From an uncultured candidate division Zixibacteria bacterium (GTDB taxonomy: Bacteria; Zixibacteria; MSB-5A5; UBA10806): 64,000 nt of DNA. Below, in pieces: positions 10,683-21,453 of this stretch. The notes under the pieces were generated by a model that was given only the letters and a program-made list of their open reading frames with translations, made no database searches and was not told the DNA's origin. Positions within the stretch are counted from its first letter, which is position 1. Every line of letters begins with the position of its first letter. Position numbers and translations under genes: made by a program. The DNA is taken from positions 17,148 through 81,147 of the forward strand of contig CAWDFP010000002.1 of NCBI GenBank assembly GCA_963801605.1, read 5' to 3'.

Positions 10683-11822
10683 ATGATACTACTGATTCTA
10701 TTTTGGATGGCATTGGGTCTTATATTCTGGACTTATTTTGGCTATTTTGCATTTCTGGTCGTATTAAGCCGGTTGCGCTCCAAAAAGACCGTCAAAAAGG
10801 AATATCGTCCTTTAGTAAGTATCGTGATAACCGCCTATAACGAGGAAAATAATATTAAAAATAAGATCGAAAATTGTCTGGCGCTGGATTACTCAAAGGA
10901 TATGCTGGAAATTATTGTAGTGTCCGACGGTTCGTCTGATAAAACCGGAGATATCGTTCGATCCTTCGATGAGGGCAAAGTTCGGCTTTTAGAAGTTCCG
11001 GTAAGAAGGGGTAAGGATTATTGCCAGGGGCCAGGGAACAGCCTTAGCCAACGGTGATATTATCGTTTATACCGATGTTACAACCAGGCTCGATCGCATG
11101 GCCGTTCGCGAAATTGCTGATAATTTCGCCGATCCGCAAATTGGCTGCGTTTCGGGATACGATCAAGTGGAGGATTCATCGGCGGGCGGCGCCGGAGAGG
11201 GCGCTTATGTACGGTATGAGATGGCTCTAAGGGATATGGAAAGCTCAGTTAATACGCTGGTGGTTGTCAGCGGCTGTTTTTTTGCAATTAGAAAGAAGCT
11301 CTGCCAGAATTGGCATCCCGATCTTACCAGCGATTTCTATCTTCCAATAATCAGCTATATGAAGGGATATCGCGCGATAATCGACAAAAAGGCGATTGCG
11401 TCTTACAACGTTATTGACGACCCTCAAAAGGAGTTTCAACGCAAGGTCAGGACTGTCGTCAATGGCCTTTCCGTGTTGTTCAGATTTGCCGGGTCGATGA
11501 ATATATTTCGCTATGGACTGTTTTCAATGCAGATAATCAGCCATAAGCTGATCAGATGGTTGGTTCCGTTTCTAATGCTGATAGCGCTAATTACAAATAT
11601 GTTTATTATTAAATTTCGGGACAGTTCTATCTGGCGGTTATTATTTTACAGGCTATATTTTATATATGCGCTTTAAGCGCTTATTTATTAAAACCTTTAA
11701 GAAGCATGGTAATATTTAAGATTCCGCTGTTTTTCAGCCTCGTTAACCTCTCGATCCTGGTGGCCTGGATACGTTATTTCGCCGGGGAAAAACATACTAT
11801 CTGGGAACCAACCAAACGGTAA
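10683..11822 (+). CDS. Glycosyltransferase family 2 (CesA-like, membrane) split by two frameshifts (probable sequencing errors)
   Basis: ITAYNEE and VSDGSSD in 10683-11057. After a shift in the G-run near 11027 it reads GDIIVYTD...SGCFFAIRK...SDF...QRKVR. A second shift near 11615 continues to WEPTKR*, with TAA at 11820-11822. Confidence 0.8.
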
Positions 11823-11833
11823 AAGGGAGTATT

Positions 11834-12825
11834 TTGGGAAACAGGCTTTTTACTATTTCAAAATCAATACTCTCCGGACTATTCTTTCGGCCCCGGTATG
11901 TACAGCCAACCTGGCCTGACGGGCACTCATTTGCTTTTACCGTTATTGACGACACGGACCAGGCGACGGTTGAAAATATCAAGCCGATTTATGATTATCT
12001 TTGTAAGATAGGACTCAAGACGACCAAGACCGTATGGGTTCTACCCACCAATAATCCTGAGCATCTGCCTAATCAAGGTATGACGCTGCAAGACACATTC
12101 TACAGGGAATTCGTTTTGAATCTTAAATCGAATGGTTTTGAGATTGCATTGCATGGGGCGCGAGGGGGAAGCAGCAAGAGAAATGAGATATTGCAGGCGA
12201 TTGAAACATATAAAGAAATTATAGGTGAATATCCGCGAATTCATATAAATCATTCAGCGAATAAAGATAACCTGTATTGGGGAATCCATAAGCTCAACTT
12301 TTCACCCATCAAGATGCTCTACAAGCTCCAGCAGCACGAAAGCGAATTTGAGGGACAATTGGAAGGCTCGGAGTATTTTTGGGGCGATATTGCGCAAAAG
12401 CATATTACTTATGTCGTTAATTTCAGCTTTTTCGAGACTAATATATTAAAGGTGTATTCCGGGTTTCCTTATCATGATAATAAGCGGCCGTATGTGAATC
12501 ACTGGTTTCATTCATCCGATGGCGGCAACGTTAATTCATTCCTAGAGCTATTAAGCACGAAGAATCTGGACCGTCTGGAAAAGGAAGAAGGGCCTGTGTA
12601 TCGTTTATACTCATTTTGGCAAGGGATTTTGTCAAAAATGGGGAAATAATCAGCGCGATCAGGGATCGTCTGGATGATGTCGCCTCCAGAAATGGCTGGT
12701 TTGTTCCCGCGAGCGAAATATTGGGCTATCTTCAAAAGCAAAATGACGCTACAATAGGAAATTGGGATAAAGCCTATCTCGATTTGCGATGGGCGTTGGA
12801 AAAAATCTTTTATGGCGCATCGTAA
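11834..12825 (+). CDS. Polysaccharide deacetylase-like (NodB/CE4-fold) protein, two frameshifts near 12590 and 12625
   Basis: FAFTVIDDTD, GFEIALHG and HINHS motifs. The corrected C-terminus reads GLCIVYTHFGKGFVKNG...GWFVPASEILGYL. Confidence 0.6.
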
Positions 12826-12843
12826 TAAGGAAAACAAAGCGCT

Positions 12844-13956
12844 TTGAAAAAAATATCTGTCCTGCATATCGTACTTTCAACACTTACGGGCGGAATGGAA
12901 AACGCTATTTATAATTTGTGCGCCAATAGCGATCGCGGCAAGCTCGATATTCAGGTGGCCTGTATAGAGGAAATTGGGGCGCTTTCGGAAAAATTTAAAG
13001 CGCTGGGTATCGAAACCGTGCTGATTCCGAAAATGGTATCGGGTTTCTCGCTTTTATATCCTCGAGAGCTCATTCATTTTATCGAGCAGAGTAAATGCGA
13101 TATAGTGCATACGCATTCCGGATGCTGGACAAAGGTAGCGTCAGCAATTGCTCATTTACCAAATGTGAAACTCGTTTATACGGAGCACGGCAGAACTTTT
13201 CCCGACCCGAAACTGGGGCTGGTGCTGGACAGAATTGCCGGCCTTGCCACCGATAGGGTCGTTGCGGTAGCCGATACGTTGAATCAATATTTAATCGAAA
13301 AAGTAGGCGTATCGCCTAAAAAGGTAATCACAATCAGGAATGGAATAGATACTGAACGCTTTAAGAGATCGGAAATAAGCAGAAGTGAAGTCAGAACCGA
13401 GTTAGGGTATTCCCCCGAAAATATTATTATCGGGATAGTTGCCCGTCTGGCGCCGGTGAAAAACCATGAATATCTATTTCGCACGGTTAAGATTGTATTC
13501 GATGAAAATCCGCAAAGTAGATTGCTTGTCATAGGTGATGGTGAATTGCGAGGATCGCTTGAAAGCTTAGCTCAATCTACAGGATTGGCAAATAAGATAA
13601 AGTTTATCGGAGATCGTCCTGATGTTTCGCGGCTGTTATCGGGAATTGATATTTTGACTTTAAGTTCGCTAAGCGAGGGGACCAGCTTGACTTTGCTTGA
13701 AGGAATGTCGTGTCAATTGCCCGTTGTAGCGACAAATATTGGCGGCAATCCAGGTGTAATTAAGAACGGGCAAACCGGCTTTTTGGTCGATTTAGATAAA
13801 CCGGAACTTTATGCCGACAGTTTCAAATCCTTAATTAATTCGAAAGAGCTACGGCAAACTATGGGCGAGAAGGCTCGAAAGGATATCGAGCTGTACTGGT
13901 CTATTGCGGCCTGTGTTAAATCATATCAGGAATTATACGAAGAGTTAGTAAAATAA
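12844..13956 (+). CDS. Glycosyltransferase family 4
   Basis: GGME, HTHS, YTEHG, IRNGID, ARLAPVKNH and SLSEGTSLTLLEGM motifs. Confidence 0.9.
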   Translation: MKKISVLHIVLSTLTGGMENAIYNLCANSDRGKLDIQVACIEEIGALSEKFKALGIETVLIPKMVSGFSLLYPRELIHFIEQSKCDIVHTHSGCWTKVASAIAHLPNVKLVYTEHGRTFPDPKLGLVLDRIAGLATDRVVAVADTLNQYLIEKVGVSPKKVITIRNGIDTERFKRSEISRSEVRTELGYSPENIIIGIVARLAPVKNHEYLFRTVKIVFDENPQSRLLVIGDGELRGSLESLAQSTGLANKIKFIGDRPDVSRLLSGIDILTLSSLSEGTSLTLLEGMSCQLPVVATNIGGNPGVIKNGQTGFLVDLDKPELYADSFKSLINSKELRQTMGEKARKDIELYWSIAACVKSYQELYEELVK

Positions 13957-13957
13957 C

Positions 13958-14959
13958 TCAGGACAATAACTTTCGTTTCAGATATTCTAAACCACAGATA
14001 TATTGCTTGAACCAGATAATTCCGTCCGGAATGGCAAACCGGGGAATTCGAAACGGATCATTTTCACTCTTGGTATTATAAAATCCGGAAACCCCGATTA
14101 CGGCGGCAATATAGCCGGCCGATTTTAATATCGATATAGTATCTTCGGTAAAATCGCCATAATCACCGTTGGGATAGCAAAAGATGTCTGCCTTCGATTT
14201 AAGTTTATTTTCGATAATGGCTTTAGCAGTTATCAATTCATCTTTTTGCTGCTCGACTGACGAATTCGACAGGATTGGATGAGTTTTGGTATGAGGGTGA
14301 AACTCAATTCCGTGCTCTTTCATTTCGCTGATTTCCGACCACGATAGCGGCGCATATATTCCATTCGGTTGGGCGCTGATATCGACGTTCAACAATCGAA
14401 CCAACTGCTCAATCATCGAGAGCTTATCGGCGTTGGGCACCTTTTTAAGGCGCGCGATTGTTTGGGAGGCGTATTTTGTCTTATCATTTGAATTCGTTAA
14501 CGTTATCTTATTCAAATCCAATTGCGGGAAATCGAGCATTTCGACTTTTGTTTCATTGAATATATACTCAACCGTATCCCACCAGAAAAATAGCTTATTT
14601 TCTATGAAATCACTGGTTAAAAATATAGCGGCAGAATATCCATATTTCTTAAATACCGGATAGGCATGAAGATAAAAATCCCTGTAACCATCATCAACTG
14701 TAAAAACAACCGCTTTGGATAAATCCTCATGATTTATTAAAACCTTTACGTAATCGGAAAGAGAAATGACATTATACCGGTGCTTTTTTAAATATCCCAA
14801 ATACTGATCCAATATTGCTGTAGAAAGGGCGCCTGCTCTGCGATTAATGCCATCATCGATATGGTGCAGCATAAAGATAGTTGCCGTATTTTTGGTGAAA
14901 GCGTTAAAAAGCGGATAAAGCCGCAATAGATCGACAAATTTAAGTAATAACTCTTTCAA
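13958..14959 (-). CDS. Polysaccharide deacetylase (CE4)
   Basis: FTVDDGYRD, HPHTKTHP, FCYPNG and RIPR motifs. Confidence 0.9.
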   Translation of the reverse strand: MKELLLKFVDLLRLYPLFNAFTKNTATIFMLHHIDDGINRRAGALSTAILDQYLGYLKKHRYNVISLSDYVKVLINHEDLSKAVVFTVDDGYRDFYLHAYPVFKKYGYSAAIFLTSDFIENKLFFWWDTVEYIFNETKVEMLDFPQLDLNKITLTNSNDKTKYASQTIARLKKVPNADKLSMIEQLVRLLNVDISAQPNGIYAPLSWSEISEMKEHGIEFHPHTKTHPILSNSSVEQQKDELITAKAIIENKLKSKADIFCYPNGDYGDFTEDTISILKSAGYIAAVIGVSGFYNTKSENDPFRIPRFAIPDGIIWFKQYICGLEYLKRKLLS

Positions 14960-14983
14960 GCGATCCCCCTAAGGCAGTTGATT

Positions 14984-15607
14984 TCAATCGGTTCTAAGCG
15001 GACCCTCGCCGCTTTTGACCATAGCCGAATAGCCGCCTGTAATATAACCAGGGCCATTTTCGAGAAGAGCCAACATCTCCCCCATGGTTTCCGGATTCAA
15101 ATATTGAAGGCTGTATTTCGAATAAGGAAACTGCGGTGAATTTTGCATTTTGTTACGATGCTTACCCAGATATTCGGACATGGTACAGATAACTTTGGCA
15201 GGGTTGCCCGCCGCCACCGAATCGGGCGGAATATCTTTAATAACGACCGAATTCGATCCCACAATAGAGCGAGGGCCGATAGTAACCCCCGGCATTATTA
15301 TCGTTCGCATACCGAAATGGCAGGATTCGTGGATAGTCACTTTTCCAATTTGGGTGGCGTCGAGATATTCGTTGGGCATAGCGTCATGAGCGAGTATGGC
15401 GCAATCCTCACCAAAACCGCAATTATCGCCAATGGAAATGAGGAAACAGTGCGAGGTGTCGATCCAGGTTGACATGGGAAGATTAACACCTTTGCCGAGA
15501 TGCATACCGAGTTCCCGCAGGTTTTTCCATCGCCTTTTTAATCGGTAGACCGAAATCTTGCCCTTAAGTTTCGATAATAATTTCAGGACGATCCCAAACA
15601 TAAACAT
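14984..15607 (-). CDS. Hexapeptide-repeat (LbH) acyltransferase
   Basis: ISIGDNC...LAHD...MPGVTIGPRSIVGSNSVVIKDIP...AGNPAK. Confidence 0.85.
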   Translation of the reverse strand: MFMFGIVLKLLSKLKGKISVYRLKRRWKNLRELGMHLGKGVNLPMSTWIDTSHCFLISIGDNCGFGEDCAILAHDAMPNEYLDATQIGKVTIHESCHFGMRTIIMPGVTIGPRSIVGSNSVVIKDIPPDSVAAGNPAKVICTMSEYLGKHRNKMQNSPQFPYSKYSLQYLNPETMGEMLALLENGPGYITGGYSAMVKSGEGPLRTD

Positions 15608-15608
15608 G

Positions 15609-16994
15609 CTACTTTCTTTTGTTGGTGATGGTGACTTCGAAAAGATCCGCCAATCTTTTCGTAAGCCGCCGACGATTGTATTGATTTATATAATCCCAAT
15701 TGGGTTTATATGGAGTTCGTCCCCGGATTTTATCCTGGAGATATTCTTTTAGCGCTCTGGCAATATTATCCACGTCATTATAAATAATGAAATTTCCCAG
15801 GCCGCTTTGCTTTATTATGCCGGCGGATTCCCCATCCCAGCCGATCATAAGTATCGGCCGTCCGGAACGGATGTATTCGAAGGTTCTGCCGGCCACGATC
15901 TTATCGCTCATGCGCTCGTCTCCTTTAGGTATCAGAAGCAATAGCAGATCGGCTTTGGCCATACAGGCGACCGCCTCATTATGCGGCCTAAACCCGGCGA
16001 TTGTTATAAAGGGTTTGAGATCGGGCCTGGAAAGCAATTCCCTACAATTATCCGACTGTTCGCCAAGTAATATCAATTTAGCTTTTTCGGCGAATGTTGA
16101 GTCTTTTAGGGCCAGGGAAAACCCCTCGATAAAATATTCAAAGGCGGTATCCGGATATATGAAACCGATACTGGCCATATTGAATTTCCCATTCTCGATG
16201 ATGCGGCTTAGATCGGGGGAATCAGGGAGATTGAAATCGTCTTCATCATAACCGTTGAAAATTACATGATGCTTGTGTGCATCGATATTAAGAAAGGCAT
16301 CTTTGACCAGCGCCGCGCGCCCCTCACCGGTGTGTATGATGATGTTCGCGCGGGCGAGCACCTGGCGTTCCAGTTTTTTCTCTTTTCGGGTTCTGAAAGC
16401 GTTCAATCCCTGCCTGGTGTAATGTGTAGTCCAGGGATCGCGGAAATCGGTAACCATCGGAAGACCGCTTAGTTTTGACAGCAACCGGGCTACCAGATGA
16501 ACGGTTTCGGGAGGAGACGTTGACAATATGATATCTATTTTTTCTTTCCGGATGGCCCTTAAGCCAGTCCAGACCGCCAGCGGAATCCAGCCGATTTTTG
16601 TATCAGGGACGTGAATATAATTTTCGACAAATCGATGCAAAGGCAAAAATAGCATTCGTTTTATCAGCGATGGGGAAGAGGCCGTTTTAGCTTCCGCATT
16701 TGGAGCTGTTGACGGCATAGCCGCATCAGAACTGCTTCTGTTGTTATATAGTTTCTTAATAAGCCAATTTTCAAACCGCTCAAATTCGAAGGAATAAGCT
16801 CGATAAATCTTTATATCGCCCGGTAATTCGTTTAGCAGGGTGCTGTCGAGCGTTTCCCGAGGGTAATTTTTGACAGTTAAAATAACGGGTGTCCAACCGA
16901 ATTCTGGCAGGTATTTGGCAAATTTGACCGGCCTGTAAACGCCGCCGGTTCTGGCCGGTGGAAAATCATAGGCTATTATTAAAGCTTTCTTCAT
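15609..16994 (-). CDS. Glycosyltransferase family 4
   Basis: AYDFPP...GGVYR, STSPP, DFRDPW, NGYD and FEYIRSGRPIL motifs. Confidence 0.9.
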   Translation of the reverse strand: MKKALIIAYDFPPARTGGVYRPVKFAKYLPEFGWTPVILTVKNYPRETLDSTLLNELPGDIKIYRAYSFEFERFENWLIKKLYNNRSSSDAAMPSTAPNAEAKTASSPSLIKRMLFLPLHRFVENYIHVPDTKIGWIPLAVWTGLRAIRKEKIDIILSTSPPETVHLVARLLSKLSGLPMVTDFRDPWTTHYTRQGLNAFRTRKEKKLERQVLARANIIIHTGEGRAALVKDAFLNIDAHKHHVIFNGYDEDDFNLPDSPDLSRIIENGKFNMASIGFIYPDTAFEYFIEGFSLALKDSTFAEKAKLILLGEQSDNCRELLSRPDLKPFITIAGFRPHNEAVACMAKADLLLLLIPKGDERMSDKIVAGRTFEYIRSGRPILMIGWDGESAGIIKQSGLGNFIIYNDVDNIARALKEYLQDKIRGRTPYKPNWDYINQYNRRRLTKRLADLFEVTITNKRK

Positions 16995-17030
16995 TAAAGT
17001 ATCTAATTCCTCAATTCGCCGAAAGAATCA

Positions 17031-18920
17031 TCAACGCTTAAATACGGGAGGAGCATCTTTATCGATAAAATACCTGTTAAATAGCTCGAATGTCGTCAGG
17101 CTCGCTATGACGGCGAAACCGTTGGAGCCTCGGGACTCTTTTGTGAGCAGCGTTTTTACGGCCTCGGGATTGAAATATCCTCGATTCAAGGTCCTGGAAT
17201 CAAGCAATATATTTTCAAAGAATCTTCTATTGGCGGGATATTGCCGGTACCATTGATCGGGCTGCGTATAGTTATGGTAATTATAAAGATTGATCTTTCC
17301 AAGGGATAAACGGCCAAGATAGTATCGCACTAGGTCTTTTTGGGATTTAATCCATTTCATTCGGGATGACGGTTCCCGGTAAAGATTCAGGCCGGTTTTC
17401 TGATATTCAATTTTGGCCATTTCAGGCATCAATTTATAAAACATATTTTTGTATACTGCCCGATTTACCTTCAGGTTCAGAGGCAGGGTTACGTATAATT
17501 TAAATAATTCATCATCGACCAATGCATAATGGTCATGGTAGAAATATCTGTTTAGATCGAATTGTGCCGAGAGGCGCAGGATGCGAGTTTCGAGCATGAA
17601 ATGATCTAACTGGCTGATAAAATATCTTCCGGCATATTCATATTTGGAAAATTCAGCCAGCAAATGCGAATCGAACGACGCCTTTATTTTATCCTTATAT
17701 TCACCGGAGAATAAATCAACATAGTCCTCGCCGAAATATTGGGCGCCGTAAATTTCCCTGAGGCGATTTAGTTTAGCCGCGGGCGACAGGTTATTCGTAA
17801 CGTCGATCTGATCGCCAAAAAGGCATGCGAAATTCAGCGTTCCCGAAAAGATGGAATTTATAAATTCGAATTCAAGAGGATTTTCAGTATACGATTTTAC
17901 TACCGATGGGAGATAGCATGGTCCCAGATCGATCATGCCATCGGTTAACCAGGTGGACCAGGCGCCCATATTAGCGTAACATTCAGGATCGCCGCGCAAT
18001 TCACGAAATTTATCAGTGATTCCCAATTTGTCAGCCACAGTTTTGGCGATAAGAACATCAGCGCTTTTGGATTGACCATGAGCATAATAAACCACATTCT
18101 TACTGGTGCGAGAGATGAGGTGAGCCAGGCCTCGGGAATCCATTCCGCCGGATAAGCCTATGATAAAATTGTCGTGATCCCCCAACTGACGATCAAGCGT
18201 ATCCCGGGCGCTTTCGTAAAGGGTCGATGCGAGCTTGTCGGCATCACCATTAAGCTCCTCATCGAAACTGTAGCTCCAATATCGTTTATTACTAATGTTG
18301 AAACTGCCATCGATTTCAATTTGAGTGGCGGGATATATATGTTTAATATTTTTAATGAGCGTTCGTCCGCAGATCAGGAAAGCATAATTGAAGAAATCCG
18401 CCATACCGTCGATATCGATTTCAGGACGGTAGCTGTCCAGCGCCATAAAGGCTTTTACTTCGGGGGCAAACGCAATATAATTATCATCTTCATAAAGGAA
18501 TAAATTTCGATATCCCAACCGGTCCTTACTCAAATACAAATTATTGGTTTTATTATCGTAAATGGCCATAGAAAATGATCCATTAATCATCGCCGGAATA
18601 TCCGATAGGGGAAAGTTGCTATCCAAAGGTATCGAAAGGGCAGGGTCAGGCGACATTGAACGATTCTGAAATCCCGAAATTCTCCAGCCGTAAATGTATC
18701 CATCGAATACGAAACCGCGTCCGGTTGATTCATCTTTTCTTGAAAAACCATAGCCGCGATAGGGGATTCCGATTCTGCCAATTGAAAATGTCGGGGTTAA
18801 TATTTTATCGATTTTATAATAATCGAAATGACTCAGGAGTCTCGCCATAACGTCGAATTGAGCCGATAAAGATTCTTGTGAGGCGCGTTTTTTGGGTATA
18901 ATTCCGAAAATTCCCGGCAT
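17031..18920 (-). CDS. Asparagine synthetase-like (AsnB family) amidotransferase lacking the N-terminal Cys
   Basis: NGSFSMAIYD, DRLGYR, FAPEVKAF and LSGGMDSR P-loop. Begins MPGIFG instead of MCGI. Confidence 0.8.
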   Translation of the reverse strand: MPGIFGIIPKKRASQESLSAQFDVMARLLSHFDYYKIDKILTPTFSIGRIGIPYRGYGFSRKDESTGRGFVFDGYIYGWRISGFQNRSMSPDPALSIPLDSNFPLSDIPAMINGSFSMAIYDNKTNNLYLSKDRLGYRNLFLYEDDNYIAFAPEVKAFMALDSYRPEIDIDGMADFFNYAFLICGRTLIKNIKHIYPATQIEIDGSFNISNKRYWSYSFDEELNGDADKLASTLYESARDTLDRQLGDHDNFIIGLSGGMDSRGLAHLISRTSKNVVYYAHGQSKSADVLIAKTVADKLGITDKFRELRGDPECYANMGAWSTWLTDGMIDLGPCYLPSVVKSYTENPLEFEFINSIFSGTLNFACLFGDQIDVTNNLSPAAKLNRLREIYGAQYFGEDYVDLFSGEYKDKIKASFDSHLLAEFSKYEYAGRYFISQLDHFMLETRILRLSAQFDLNRYFYHDHYALVDDELFKLYVTLPLNLKVNRAVYKNMFYKLMPEMAKIEYQKTGLNLYREPSSRMKWIKSQKDLVRYYLGRLSLGKINLYNYHNYTQPDQWYRQYPANRRFFENILLDSRTLNRGYFNPEAVKTLLTKESRGSNGFAVIASLTTFELFNRYFIDKDAPPVFKR

Positions 18921-18950
18921 ATAACAATCCTTAAAGGGCAGTCGAATGAA

Positions 18951-20426
18951 TTAATCAAAACTAAGCTTCCTGGTAGCGATTATCTGTTTGATTTTACTCA
19001 TTTCACCTTCATCGAAAAAGCGCATAAAATAAAGGATAAAGGGATAACTTAAGCCAATCAGCGATTTTGCAATTATGTTTATTACAATAGACGAATTATT
19101 AATAAACATGCCCGAAAAATAGAGCACAAAGGCAGTAATGAAAAGAATTGAAATTCGAGTCCATTCCATGTGAATAGGATGCAGACGATTGGCAAAATAT
19201 AGCGTTAATGAGACCTTGAATATCATACAAATCAGGGTGACGATCGCCGCTCCCCAGACCGAAAAATATCGAATTAGAAAATAGTTTAATACCAGGTTAA
19301 TGACGCCGGTGACAATATTAACATAAGCAATATACTTGGTGGCATTTTTCATCATAATGCCGACATTGAAATGAAAATGAAATGAAAAGATTATATAGGA
19401 AAGAGTAATTATCGGTACAATTTTGTGTGCCGGCCAGAACGATTCCGCCGCCACCAGTTGAATCGCTTCTTTGGACAGGAGCGAGATGAACAATCCTCCG
19501 AATAAGCACAGGACGGTAAAATAGGTAAATATTCGAGCATAAATCTTTTCCGAATTTTCCTTCTGAAAATACTCAAACCGTCGCGGTCCCCAGATCTGGA
19601 TAAAAGGGGAGGTCACAAACTGATTTATTAATGTCCCGAATTTATATCCCAGAGAGTAAAGACCGGTGGTCGTTAGATCGGCGTAACTATTGATAAAGTA
19701 ACGATCTGATGCTTGAACAACGTAGGCGGATATATTGGATGGAATCAGAGGCAGCCCGAAACTAAGCATTTTGCCCAATATTTTAAGATCAATCTTTATA
19801 CCGCAATTTTTAAGGATGTAATACGTCACAAATACCGTTACAGCGGCATTGGCAATTAAAGTAGATAATAATATGCCGGTAACGCCCTTATGCAGAAAGA
19901 CTATTAAATAGATATTAAGACTTAAAGCCAGCACGGTTCTGGAAATGGATAGAATCAGCATTAGAAGCGATTTTAGCTGCGCCCTGATATACGAATAGGC
20001 TATTTGAATGAACATATCCAAGGCCATGGCTATTAGAGCGATAATAAAATAGTAAGTATATTCAGGTTTGCCCAGGATATAGGTTGCCATCAATTTCGAA
20101 AAAGGCAATACGACCAAAACACCCAAGACTATAACAGCGCCGTATCCAATGAATGCGGTACTAACCACCTTTTTACGGTTTTCATCATCGGAAAATTCGA
20201 AGTAATAACGACTTACGGCTGATTGTATTCCGATACCAATCACCATGCTTAATAAATTGGTGGTAGTAAAAATAAGCTCCATAACTCCGTAATCAGCCGG
20301 AGTCAGGAATCTCGTATAAATGGGGAGCATTAAAAAGCCGATGACGCGATCAAGTACGTTTGACAGGCCGTAAATCAAGGAATGCTTGGTTATGACTTTT
20401 ACTTCTCCGCCTACTGATTGCGCCAT
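18951..20426 (-). CDS. Wzx-type oligosaccharide flippase
   Basis: PIYTRFLTPADYG, SDRYFI, GLYSLGYK and GAAIVT motifs with 12 or more TM segments. Confidence 0.9.
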   Translation of the reverse strand: MAQSVGGEVKVITKHSLIYGLSNVLDRVIGFLMLPIYTRFLTPADYGVMELIFTTTNLLSMVIGIGIQSAVSRYYFEFSDDENRKKVVSTAFIGYGAVIVLGVLVVLPFSKLMATYILGKPEYTYYFIIALIAMALDMFIQIAYSYIRAQLKSLLMLILSISRTVLALSLNIYLIVFLHKGVTGILLSTLIANAAVTVFVTYYILKNCGIKIDLKILGKMLSFGLPLIPSNISAYVVQASDRYFINSYADLTTTGLYSLGYKFGTLINQFVTSPFIQIWGPRRFEYFQKENSEKIYARIFTYFTVLCLFGGLFISLLSKEAIQLVAAESFWPAHKIVPIITLSYIIFSFHFHFNVGIMMKNATKYIAYVNIVTGVINLVLNYFLIRYFSVWGAAIVTLICMIFKVSLTLYFANRLHPIHMEWTRISILFITAFVLYFSGMFINNSSIVINIIAKSLIGLSYPFILYFMRFFDEGEMSKIKQIIATRKLSFD

Positions 20427-20517
20427 GCGCCTATTTTACATTAAAATATGGATATTATCAATAGAGAAAGACTGCAGAATTCCGTCGAAAAATGAAGGGT
20501 AAGGGGCTTGATTTGAT

Positions 20518-21453
20518 TCAGGCGTTCATGAAGGGATGAGCCGCCGTCGAAGCGCCAAAATTGATATGATTAAAGCGTTCCTGGCCGGTCATTTCCGGCT
20601 GTTCGGGGAAATCAAATAGCTTTCCAAGAGTGTATTGAACCCGGACATGATTCGGCATGAGATTAAGAACCTGAATATAAGCATTTTGAACCATTTCCGA
20701 ATCGGCAATCCCATTAAGATGCACTCCCGGATTGTACAAAGTTTTTATTAAATCGGGCTGAATTTTTATGGCGGTTTTGAGAGATTCAGCCGCTTCGCGA
20801 ACAAGCCCGAGCTTGATATAGATTTTGCCGAGATCAAAATAGGCGTCGGCGCATTTTGGCCGGGTTTCGATGGTTCGTTTTAGAAGAGTGACGGCATCAT
20901 CATACCGTCCCACTTTTTCATACACTAAAGCCAGGTTACAGCTGGCCTCCGGGCAATCGGGGTATGTCTCGAGAAGTAAGGTAAAGCAGGCGGCGGCCTC
21001 ATGCAATTCCCCAAGTTTGGTAAAGGCTATACCCAATCCTAAATGAGCTTTACCGTATTGATTATTTATACTAAGTGATTTTTGGAATGCGGTTACAGCA
21101 TCGAGATAATGGCCGAGCTGGATATAGGATAAGCCCAAACTGCAATAAGCCTTAAAATGAATCGGGTTCAGGCGAATTGTTTTTCTGAAAGATGATATCG
21201 CCTCGAGTTGCAGGTTAAGCTGGCCGTAAGATAACCCCCGGTAATAATATGCCTCGGCATCAAACGGGTCCATGCGAATGATGATATCATACATCCTCAC
21301 GGCATCGTTATGCCGCCTCAGTTTGGCATAGGTTACGCCGAGGTTGAAATAGGAGTTAATGTTGTCTGATTCGGAATCGATATCGTCAGTCAAATGTGGG
21401 ATCTGCGTTTTCTCATCACCCATCTGTTTACCGGAAGTCTGTTTGATCGTCAT
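20518..21453 (-). CDS. Tetratricopeptide repeat protein
   Basis: Tandem 34-aa repeats (YFNLGVTY, AYYYRGLSY, AYCSLGLSY, AHLGLGIAF, AYFDLGKIY). ATG 21453 follows an AAGGGG RBS; the ORF is open to 21510. Confidence 0.85.
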   Translation of the reverse strand: MTIKQTSGKQMGDEKTQIPHLTDDIDSESDNINSYFNLGVTYAKLRRHNDAVRMYDIIIRMDPFDAEAYYYRGLSYGQLNLQLEAISSFRKTIRLNPIHFKAYCSLGLSYIQLGHYLDAVTAFQKSLSINNQYGKAHLGLGIAFTKLGELHEAAACFTLLLETYPDCPEASCNLALVYEKVGRYDDAVTLLKRTIETRPKCADAYFDLGKIYIKLGLVREAAESLKTAIKIQPDLIKTLYNPGVHLNGIADSEMVQNAYIQVLNLMPNHVRVQYTLGKLFDFPEQPEMTGQERFNHINFGASTAAHPFMNA

